A DNA stretch of 64,000 nt from NCBI GenBank assembly GCA_964016885.1, contig OZ024740.1:224564001-224628000 (forward strand). The letters are read 5' to 3'. This document shows, one piece after another, positions 28,839 through 39,600 of this stretch. The first letter of the stretch is position 1. Each line of letters begins with the position of its first letter. Made by a program: the position numbers and the translations under genes. The stretch comes from Eledone cirrhosa. Taxonomy: Eukaryota. The notes under the pieces are model-generated. The model made no database searches. It was not told the DNA's origin and saw only the letters and a program-made list of their open reading frames with translations.

Positions 28839-29137
28839 TCATCATCATCATCATTTCATCTTACGTCCGCTTTTTCGCTGCTTGCAGGGGTGGGACGGGA
28901 ACTGATTCTGGCTTGATTTCTACAGCTGGATGCCCTTCCTAACACCAACCTCATTTACAGTGAGGGCTGGGTGCTTTTTTGCCGTGGCACCTCCACGACC
29001 ACTTTGCAGTGGAATAATAGGGACTGGGCCCCTATCATCTCATTTCTACAGCTGAGTAAACTGGAGCAATGTGAAATAAAGTGTCTTGCTCAAGGAAACA
29101 ACACATCACCCGGTCTGAGAATTGAACTCACAACCTT
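28839..29137 (-). mobile_element. SINE family B copy
   Basis: Near-identical to 8057-8340, with a (CAT)n tail on the plus strand. Confidence 0.8.
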
Positions 29138-29299
29138 TATATATATTACATATATATTATATATATATATGCCATTGTGCAACCCACGCTCAGTGTTATG
29201 CAATACTACATTTATGTACTAAATTTCATTGCATTGCCAAGTAGGTGTTCATTTGCTTTATGCATTTAATTTTTATTTTGTGTGCAGCTTCGTTATATA

Positions 29300-29351
<52 letters not shown>

Positions 29352-29520
29352 TATAGATAGGTAAATATACACGGGTGTGTATGATTATGTATAGAAAATT
29401 ATATTAATAAGAAGAATTCCAACTTTGTCTGATTTATTCGTTTTATTTACAATCCTTTAAAATATATATAATATGGTATTATAATGAAATAGTATGATAG
29501 AATATTAAATTCTAAGTGTT

Positions 29521-29564
29521 CATTGAACAAGTACTTTCATGCTTTCGCAATCTTCAGGTTCATG
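29521..29564 (-). ncRNA. Type-I hammerhead ribozyme motif (left arm)
   Basis: Exact reverse complement of 32615-32658. Confidence 0.8.
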
Positions 29565-29939
29565 ATATGTGGTGACAGTCGAGTTTGCAATTTTCAACTG
29601 TAATGAGATGGGTAAATTTACTACCTTTTATACATTTTATACAGAGAAAAGTGGCTCCAGAATGCAAAGCCCTGTAAACTGTATTTCGACCAATCAGTGT
29701 GTAGTTTCACTGAATTACTACAGCTGATTGGTTTAAGCGTCACGGCTGGTTGAGCATGCTAACGACCAATAGTCATACCCAACGTATCAATTGTTTTGCT
29801 TTTTGAAATGATGAAAATAGCATTTTCTATTAATCATCACCATCAACATCACTTTTATTATTATTATTATTGTTGTTGTTGTTGTTGTTAGTGGTCGTGG
29901 TCATAGTGGTAGTAGAAGTAATACCCCTAGGCGTTATTA

Positions 29940-31773
29940 TTGTTCATTTAGCTTGGGTTTGAATTTATCAATAAAATTCTTTTCTTTGATTTTTCTCTTG
30001 ATTTCACTTGGGCTGTGTAATTTGTAGAATGGGAATATTATAAATATTCCCTGACCACATGTTGCCAGGTGGCCGCTTAGGGGTATCTGACGGACATTTG
30101 GGTCTCTGATTTGTTGACGGTGTACCCGTGCACGTTCCGATAGTGCATTTCCAGTTTGACCGACAATTCGGGCATTTAATGCAGTAAATTAGATTTCTGC
30201 TTTTGCAGTTCATATTTGCATTTGGGAATATTTTTCCAGTTTTTGTTTTCATATATTGACCGGCGTGTATGGATTGACATGTGCCGCATCGATTATCATT
30301 GCATTTAGATAAAGTGAATGATTGGTCTTTGTTGTTAAGGTCAAACTTTGCTTTTGTTAGCAATTGCTTCAAATGCTTTGGCTGTCTTTTACTAATAGTC
30401 AAAGATCGATCTGTGATTAAGCCTTTTAATTCATTACTTTGAGCAATGAACGGTAGGTTTGCTTTGGCAGTGTTGAATATATTCTGTTGACATGGGTTGT
30501 GTGTCATTATAAATGGTATGACCAGTTCTTGGTTTCTTCTTCCTTGGGTTGTTCTAAGTTGTTGTATAGGTATTTTTATAGCCCGCTGTATGCCATTTTC
30601 TATAAGTAGAGATGGGTATTTTTGTTTGAGCAAAAATTCTCTTAGTTCTGTTAGGCGTTTGTACCTGGTATTCGTATCTTCTACAATGGTACAAATTCTT
30701 CTGGCTAGGCAGCATGGGATGTTGCGTTTTGTATGAGGTGGATGGCACGACTTAAAATTCAGATATTGATGGGTGTCTGTGTGTTTATAATATATATCCG
30801 TGGTAATGGTGGTGTCGTTTTTGATTATCATTATATCTAGGAATGGTAATTTGGTCCTACTCATCTCTTTTGTGAATTGGAGAGATGGGTGTAGGTTATT
30901 CAGGAGGATATTGAACTCATCCAGAGTATCTAGAGATTCTGTCCAGATGATGAAACAGTCGTCAAGTTATCTCTTCCAATATTTTTCAATGTACTTTCTA
31001 AAGTCAGTACTATATTTTTCCTCTATTTCTTGGTAGAGTTGTTGTTCTAAGTATCCCATTACAGAGTTCGCGTAAACGGGAGCAAACTTCGTTCCCATCG
31101 TTGTGCCTCTAATTTGGATGTAATTCTTTCCATTGAAGAAGAAAGTGTTGTTTTCCAGAATAAGTTTAACTGCGTCTAATATAAATGGCGCTGTGAATCT
31201 AATGGGAATCACTTCTCTATGTTTTTCCACCCAGTATTTAACCGCCTTTATTCCTAAATCATGTGTAATGTTGGTGTAAAGGCTTACCACATCAAAACTG
31301 AGTAGAAGTGAATTCGTTTCTGTGGTTTTGGGAAGATGGGACAGGAAGTCGATATCATCCCGGATGAAACTGGGTATGTGAATACATAGTGGTTTCAAAA
31401 TAATGTCAACAAAATTGCTTAGACGGTGAGTGGGGCATGTTGGACCAGCTATAATAGGTCTAAGTTTTAAGTCTTTTGGGTGTAATAATTTAATGTACTC
31501 ACTGTTTTGTTCTCTTACTGCCAGTTGTATTTCTTTTGACTTGTGAACTTTCGGTAGGCCATACAGGTTGCTGGGTTTCGGCTCAAAATTGGTGATGTAG
31601 TCTCTTTCCTTATCAGTAAATGAGTTGTGGTATTTTGAAGCCAGGTTGTTCATCTTCTTCATGATGTTGTGGTCTATATTTGACGGTATTTCATGATAGA
31701 ATGTTGTGTCTTTCAGTTGTTCCTCAACCAAATCCTTGTAGTATTCAGTATCCATTATAACAACTGCACGGGG
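29940..31773 (-). pseudogene. PLE RT-GIY-YIG ORF remnant
   Basis: ORFs 30967..31815 and 30004..30864. A stop replaces Y of YLDD, and a frameshift deletion removes Y of YIG; the alternate frame continues VGQTGNALSERARVH...KPKLNEQ*. Confidence 0.9.
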
Positions 31774-32614
31774 TCTTTGACTCTTAGTAAAAGACAGCCA
31801 AAAAATTTGAAGCAATTGCTAACAAAAGCAAAGTTTGACCTTAACAACAAAGACCAATCATTCACTTTATCTAAATGCAATGATAATCGATGCAGCACAT
31901 GTCAATCCATACACGCCGGTCAATATATGAAAACAAAAACTGGAAAAATATTCCCAAATGCAAATATGAACTGCAAAAGCAGAAATCTAATTTACTGCAT
32001 TAAATGCCCGAATTGTCGGTCAAACTGGAAATGCACTATCGGAACGTGCACGGGTACACCGTCAACAAATCAGAGACCCAAATGTCCGTCAGATACCCCT
32101 AAGCGGCCACCTAGCAACATGTGGTCAGGGAATATTTATAATATTCCCATTCTACAAATTACACAGCCCAAGTGAAATCAAGAGAAAAATCAAAGAAAAG
32201 AATTTTATTGATAAATTCAAACCCAAGCTAAATGAACAATAATAACGCCTAGGGGTATTACTTCTACTACCACTATGACCACCACCACTAACAACAACAA
32301 CAACAACAATAATAATAATAATAAAAGTGATGTTGATGGTGATGATTAATAGAAAATGCTATTTTCATCATTTCAAAAAGCAAAACAATTGATACGTTGG
32401 GTATGACTATTGGTCGTTAGCATGCTCAACCAGCCGTGACGCTTAAACCAATCAGCTGTAGTAATTCAGTGAAACTACACACTGATTGGTCGAAATACAG
32501 TTTACAGGGCTTTGCATTCTGGAGCCACTTTTCTCTGTATAAAATGTATAAAAGGTAGTAAATTTACCCATCTCATTACAGTTGAAAATTGCAAACTCGA
32601 CTGTCACCACATAT

Positions 32615-32658
32615 CATGAACCTGAAGATTGCGAAAGCATGAAAGTACTTGTTCAATG
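32615..32658 (+). ncRNA. Minimal type-I hammerhead ribozyme motif (right arm)
   Basis: tgaac-CTGAAGA-t-tgc-gaaa-gca-t-GAAA-gtac-TT-gttca. Stem I is 5 bp, stem II is GNRA-capped and stem III is the palindrome AAGTACTT. Confidence 0.8.
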
Positions 32659-33010
32659 AACACTTAGAATTTAATATTCTATCATACTATTTCATTATAA
32701 TACCATATTATGTATATTTTAAAGGATTGTAAATAAAACGAGTAAATCAGACAAAGTTGGAATTCCTCTTATTAATATATATATATATATATATGGAGGA
32801 GGTTGTAGTTCACTTGAAGCATTGTGTAATGAGGTATAAACGTTTGAATATGTGTAATAAAGCCAAAACAATGCAGGTATGGACATAGAAAAAAGAATGC
32901 AATTGTAAAAGATATTGTTGACAATTCGTCCTTTACCTTAAATTTATTTAAATGTCCTTAATTTTCGAGATAATATCTCTTCTTCATATCGAGATAATAT
33001 CTCTTCTTCT

Positions 33011-33751
33011 ATCCACACCTGCTTCTATAAAAAAGCCGCCAGCAGGGGCCTGTTCGTACATTTCAGATCGGCCCTCCCACTCGGTGCCAAGTTCGGATAC
33101 ATAAGGAACGAACTGGCACGTATCCGGAACAAATGCACCGACGCTAGAGACCGAGACACACACACCACACATTTCCTGGAAGTACTCAAACTGAACGGAT
33201 ACACGACATCCACCACAAACCGTGCCAGAAAGAACAGAGAACACCACACCCGAGGCACTAACACTTGCTTCCTGAAGCTCCCACACTTCAGTGAAAAAAC
33301 AACAACAGCCAGCCGCAGAGCCATCAGACGAGAGGGACTGGATATCCAACTGGCCCACTCGGGTCCTTCTCTGCGCGGACGGCTGGCCAAGAGACACTCC
33401 ACCAGACATGACAACTGCTGCAGGCTAGCCAACTGCCCCATCAACGACACAGACCTATGCCACCAGGCTTACGTCGTATACAGACTAGAGTGTGACAAAT
33501 GCAACAACTTCTACGTAGGTAGCACCACCAGACCACTCCACATAAGAATAAAAGAACACCTCAATACTAACGCTTCCTCATTTAAGAAACACCTAGTTAA
33601 ATGCAAAAACACCGACAAAACCATAACAGTTAGGATAGAAACTAAGGAAAGAAACCTCGGCAATCTTAGAATTAAGGAAGCACTAATTATAGATAAAACA
33701 CAACCACCAATCAATAATAGACTAGAACTCAACACCCAATTTATAACCTGA
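33011..33751 (+). pseudogene. 5'-truncated PLE ORF (RT thumb, Cys linker, GIY-YIG endonuclease), uninterrupted but without start codon
   Basis: Hand translation: FYKKAASRGLFVHFRSALP...CRLANCPINDTDLC...VVYRLECDKCNNFYVGSTTRPLHIRIKEH...LRIKEALII...PPINNR...*; 247 codons, absent from the ORF track. Confidence 0.85.
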
Positions 33752-34134
33752 TAGGGCCTCTAGCCCAATATTTACCCCCCCCCCCCCCACACACACGCTT
33801 ACACCTCCACTTATTCTCTCTCACACATACACACACAAAACCAGTTCTAACACCAGATAACACTTACCCCCCACATTTACGATTAGACTTATCTTCTCAC
33901 ACTCACACACACACACTCACATACTTACACCTTCATGCATTCTCCCACACACTTAAACAGGCATGTATATAAAAAATAAAAAAAAACCCTAAACAAACCC
34001 CTTTTAAAGGGAGACTACTCTTTATCCACCTAATTTTAACTCTTTGATATTAGAGATAGAACAGATACTCGATACTATTTCCTGTCAGCATGGCTTGGCT
34101 AGATATTTAGAACGCTGGTTTGAGACCTTTATTT

Positions 34135-34171
34135 CCCTCTGAAGAAGAGATATTATCTCGAAAATTAAGGA
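34135..34171 (+). ncRNA. Minimal hammerhead-like motif in pseudo-LTR
   Basis: cct-CTGAAGA-a-gagatattatctc-GAAA-at-TA-agg. Both core boxes and stem II are present, but stems I and III are very short. Confidence 0.5.
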
Positions 34172-34284
34172 CATTTAAATAAATTTAAGGTAAAGGACGA
34201 ATTGTCAACAATATCTTTTACAATTGCATTCTTTTTTCTATGTCCATACCTGCATTGTTTTGGCTTTATTACACATATTCAAAC

Positions 34285-34397
<113 letters not shown>

Positions 34398-34820
34398 TAT
34401 ATATAAGTTATACACACATACACACACATCACACACCCACACATACACATATATGGATATATATATCTTTGTGTCCATCAGTGTGGTGTACTAGCTAAAC
34501 ATATGGAACTTTCCATTTCATGAAGGTGAACTCCTGGTGAGGATGTGGTTTTTGCCAAATTACCTAATGTATGAACATTACCTAATTTCTGCTCATGGTG
34601 GTTTCATTTGGAGCACTGCTGCCAGATTGGAATCATAGATACTGGTACTTTGGTCCAGGTAACTTCAATTTCCTACCCACACGAAATGTCTTCCTCACTG
34701 ATTAACATATAAGTGTACACTCTAATTGATTCTGTTCTAATTTTATTAATACGGACTTAATTAAATTATTGAGTGAGTGAGAAAACTACTGAAGCAGTGT
34801 CCATTCTATTTGATAACCTT

Positions 34821-34931
<111 letters not shown>

Positions 34932-35570
34932 CTATATTTATTAAAAGAACAACAAGGCAACTGACTTGACTAGAACCACAAATCCTCATCTCAAGTTAGA
35001 TATAAATATGTCTATCCTTTATCTTCAGCTGGGGAATTGATAAAATCATGGGAGCATTGGACAAAAAGCTCTGTGATATTTATTCTGGTGTCTTGAGTTC
35101 AAATCCTGCCTACCTAAATTTAGTCTTTCATCTTTCCATGACTAATAAATAAATTACCAGTCCAAGATGGTGAGCTGGTAGAATGCCTTAAGTATTTACT
35201 CCACTACTTAAAGGATAGATCGAACCCATCACCTAGTTTATCCTGTTGCCTTCAGTTGAGTCAACTCTGTTCCAAGCATTCAGACCATATTTCTAGGATG
35301 TGATACCTTGCTTCTTCCCTCCCACCAATGTCAGAGGCTATGAAAAAATAAAGGGCTATGTTCTTGATTAAACGTAACCAAACTTTTCAGTCTCCTTCTC
35401 TATCTCAACTGCCTTACTGTTAATTTGTCCTCTACTTAGTACTAGTATGGCAGACTATACTATAATACTAAAATTAACCTTACCTGCAACACATGAATGA
35501 CTGACAAATTATCTGTAAAGTAGCTGAAATGGTGATGGTAGTTGAAGAGATCAGTTAAAAAATAGATGTA

Positions 35571-36260
35571 TCTATACTTAATTTAGGGAAGGAACTGTAT
35601 ATAAAAAGTAATCTCCAGCAATTTCTCTGTCTGTCTGTCCGACGCGTAGAGAGAGAGTGAGAGTGAAAGAAAGAGACAGACTACAAGAGGGGGATAGCGG
35701 GAGGGAGTGAGAGAGAGACGCTGGAAGAGGGAAAGGAAAGCTATGTCTTGCAGTCTGCATTACGATACATATATATATATACACGCTAAATCGCTTAATG
35801 CGGTCCCTAGGGCATTGAAAATTTGAAATACTTTTTGCTCAAAACACTCACAGGATCATAAGTATTACATGTCTAAAGTTTGAAAACAATCGGTTGGATG
35901 GTTCTCAAGTTTTAGTGAGCTGACAGACAGACAGACATTCTCTGTTTTAGATATATATACTAGCAGAAAACCGCCCTAGGGTGGTTTTCTGCTAGTCTCC
36001 TTATAATATATAACCAGCAATTTCTCTGTCTGTCCGACAGTGGAAACACGTGCGCGCGTGGTTGCTATCTCTCTCTCTCCAGCTATCCCTCTCTTTTAGT
36101 CTGTCTGTTTCTATCACTCTCACTCTTTCTCTTTGTAACAGACTAACATTCCTCCTCTCTATCGCTGTGATGAAAGAGGAGATGGAGGAGGAGGAGAGTG
36201 TAACTTCGTCATTTCACCTCTGCCTTTCTTTCTCTCCCCTCTCACTCCCTCATTACGTAC
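35571..36260. mobile_element. Cluster of non-autonomous Helitron terminal fragments in both orientations
   Basis: A|TCTATACT start at 35571, an inverted 5'-end-like segment at 35790-35958 resembling 46267-46420, a CTAG-bounded palindrome at 35959-35996, and a second TC start at 35996 sharing ccagcaatttctctgtctgtc with 35616. Confidence 0.6.
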
Positions 36261-36268
36261 AGACATTA

Positions 36269-36460
36269 AGGCGGTGGATTGGCAGAATCTGTAGAGAGTC
36301 GGACACCATGCTTCATAGCATGGAGTTACGTCCCTTTACGTTCTGAGTTCAAATACCGCCGAGGTTAACTTTGCCTTTCATCCTCACGGGGTCGATAAAA
36401 TAAAGTACCAGTAATGTACTGGGTAATTGCTGGCCTTGTGCCAAAAGTAGAAACAATTAT
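36269..36460 (+). mobile_element. Full-length tRNA-derived SINE (family A)
   Basis: GGCGGTGGATTGGCAGAAT A-box and GAGTTCAAATAC B-box; the central domain resembles Meta/MESC-type SINE domains. At least seven copies occur in the window. Confidence 0.9.
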
Positions 36461-36644
36461 TAGAAACATTGCTTCATTTTTACATATCTAAGCATTAGTA
36501 AAATAACTAATAATTTCAAAAGTAATTTTTCAATTCTAATTGTTATGAACAGCAAAACATTAATAATAATTTGTTCTAAGAAATATATATACATTTCTCT
36601 GTGTGTAATATATATATATATACACACACAGAAATATATATATA

Positions 36645-39600
36645 CTAGCTGAATGACGCGGCGTTGCCCGGGTTACTGCTGTTTTTATTCAGATTAGCAA
36701 ACAATAAATATGAAGAATTTTTTTTTCTCATATTCACTTTACATAAAATATGTCAAAGTTGTAATGATAATAGAATTTAGAAATGAAAATCTCTTCAACC
36801 CGGTTTTACCATCTTCTTTTCTCAACCAAGAAACCAACAAAAATCACAAAAAGGGAACCCCCCAAAAATATATATATTAAGAATAGCAAACAGAAATCGT
36901 AATAAATTTTCTGTCGAAAACAAAAAAACAGCCAAAAAACAGGTTTTTTTTTAACGGATGATAAAGTACTGTAAAGTTGTTGGAAGAGCCTGATAGAATG
37001 AGATGAGCAACAGCCAGAAGCACAGCAGCAGCAGTATTTCGAACTGTCCACCATTTAGGGTCGTAATCTTCAGTTTCGATATCAGATTTATGAGAGAGGT
37101 ATATCGTGAATTATTGAGTTTTATCGATTTTTTTTCGTAATTGGGGATCAATTTTAAATATATAAATTCTGCATGACCTAATTGAAGCTATTTCGAATGT
37201 TGATAAGTAATTTTCCATTGAAGGAGGTGTTTTTTTTTAATCGTATAGAAAAGGAACATGCACACACACTCGCTTTTATAGATAATGATATATATATATA
37301 TCTGTATGTGAGTGTGTGTATGTGTTTGTATATATATAAACTCTTTTTGTGTTAAATCATCTCAGTGGTAATGCACGTTACAGGACCTCTTTGTAGACTA
37401 TGTGGCGGGTCATACCGTTGGGTGTGTATGAAAAAAGGGAGTCCTTACTCCCAACTCGCGAGTAGGCAACATAAAGTTGGCCATGAGCAAAGCAGGGCTC
37501 TTTTAGATGAATGCCCGCCACGGACAAAGTTTGACCCTGAGATTTGTTTATGGTGATCGCGAAGCAGGGCCTTACGGGAAACTGATGTCGCCTAAAACCT
37601 ATCGGGATGTCCGTGGTCGAAGGTTGGATGCTTAGCCTTGGGATAATGACGGTCTGACCTTTACCACAACCAGTTAAAATGGTTGCTTCAATGAGATGGT
37701 TCGTCATTGATTTGACTACCATTCGAGTGCCGTTGCACTGTTTTGGGGGGCGCATGTTACGCATAAGCATAATCGGACTGCCGACCTTGAGCTTCGGGAT
37801 GTGGGGTGGGAGACCTGGGGGGTCAAGGCTATTCAAAAACTCTACTGGGTAATCCGTCGCCTCCTGTGGATCGGTGACGCGGTCTATAGACTTAAACATT
37901 TTCTCTTGGGCTGGAATCTTGCCGAGTAGCTCTTCGTTGAGAGCATTAACAGCAGAGTTTTGGGGGGCTAGGATGGCTCTTGAACTAAGCCAATCTAAGT
38001 TAGTGTAGTTAACCTGTAGGTTTGGAAAAACAGCTTCTAAAAGGGCCTGAGGACTGTCAACAGTATTACTGACAGATGCCAGCGACACCTCACCCTTTTC
38101 GTTGGAAGGAAGTCGGCCTTCCTCTATAGCTAGGATGGCCTGGCCGAATTCAGCAGACGTGCTGTCCCCGAGCAACTGCGCCCGCATGTTAACGCTGAGG
38201 CGGAGTGTCCGAACGATAGGCCAAAGCGTCGACGACTTCAGGCATGCGCGGACTTCATCAGCCCATGTCCCTTTGGGGATAACAGGCAACGTTTGCCTGA
38301 AGTCACCCGAAAGCAGTAAAGTCACGCCACCCAAGGGTGCCGAGGAGTTCCTGATATCTTTTAAACTCCTATCTAATGCATCCAGAGCACCCTTATGTGC
38401 CATGGTGCATTCGTCCCACACAATGAGGCAATATTTTGCGAGAAGTGCCGCTTTGTCGGAGTGCTTGCTAATGTTGCACGTCGGCGTATCAGTTCGTGCG
38501 AGGTCCAACGGAAGCTTTAAGGCAGCATGAGCCGTCTTCCCTCCAGGCAGCAAGGTAGCGGCGATCCCCGATGAGGCGACCGCAAGGGCAACCTTTGTTT
38601 GTTGTCGAAGACGCGCCAAAATAAGGGAGGTAACGAAGGTTTTGCCTGTACCGCCAGAGGCATCAAGAAAGAAGACACAACCTAATCCACCCAGTGCACT
38701 GTCAACGACAGTCTCATAAGCAACCCTTTGCTCGGGAAGAAGCTTACGTTCATTTTCATCTAGGAAAGTTGTCAACATGGCGACATCGTAAGATGTCTCC
38801 AACAGAATATATGGACCCAGCACACTAACATTTTCCCTGCTGGCGGCTGGCAAGCCGTATGTTGGCAAGTCATTCCCCTCTAGTTGAAGGAGCTCTTCTT
38901 GGATGGAAATTAGCCCTTGGTTGTAAATGATTTCGGTGAACCCCACTTCTAAAGACGGATTTTGCCGTTTGGCTGTGCGGAGGAAGACCTCGCACAAATC
39001 GTCCCTGTACTTCAGCCAAAGGGCTGAAGGGTTAGCTAAGCCACAATTGTGCAGCAAAAAGGCAAACAATTCCCTTAATTTCTGTGGGGATTTCAGCAGA
39101 GCACCATCGGCGAGGGTCGAGTCCCATTGGGAGTCATCTTCCAAGAGACCAAGCCTAAAGCAGGCTTCTCGAAAAGTGTTGCAAAGTTCCCCGCTTACTG
39201 TTTTTAAGTCAAAGAAACCTTGCGGCCCCTTGACCTCGTGCAGAAGAATGCGCAGGTGAAAGCACTCAGGTTGGGTTGGGGGAACCGTGTAGACTCTACC
39301 GAGGCAGTCAGAAAATTTAACTCCCGGATGCGATTCAATTGCCTTACCAGTTTTTCGCCGTACCCAGCTATTGCGGCGCCAAGTGAAGTAAGACGGCACC
39401 TGAGGGTAAATTAGAGTTCTCGCAAAAGCGTCTACCTGACAGAGCTTAAAGAAAGCAGTTAACGTGGTTTCTTTGGGGTTAGCCGCAACTTGAGCAGCAT
39501 TTGCGGCCGTAAAGTAAACCCGCTGTCCGTTCTCTAAGTGGACCGCCAAGTTTGTGATTTTGGGGAACCTTTCATGGATAGAAAAACAAAATATTCGCCA

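Larger units (their letters stand above)
29361..32778 (-). mobile_element. Penelope-like element (Neptune-like) with 1 kb inverted duplication of its 3' end
   Basis: Minus-strand RT (LYGLPKVHK, LRPII, FDVVSLYTNI, GTTMGTKFAP, WKR*LDD, LPFLD, YYKHTDTHQYL), then a CNDNRCGTC linker and GIY-YIG. Arms 29401-30405 and 31774-32778 are near-identical reverse complements. TA tracts flank both sides. Confidence 0.95.

Noticed and set aside
31693-32175. 160 aa plus-strand ORF
   Set aside because: A chimera across the inversion junction: antisense RT sequence fused to the duplicated linker/GIY-YIG arm.
36269-36360. tRNA-like A and B boxes
   Set aside because: SINE head; no cloverleaf and many dispersed copies.
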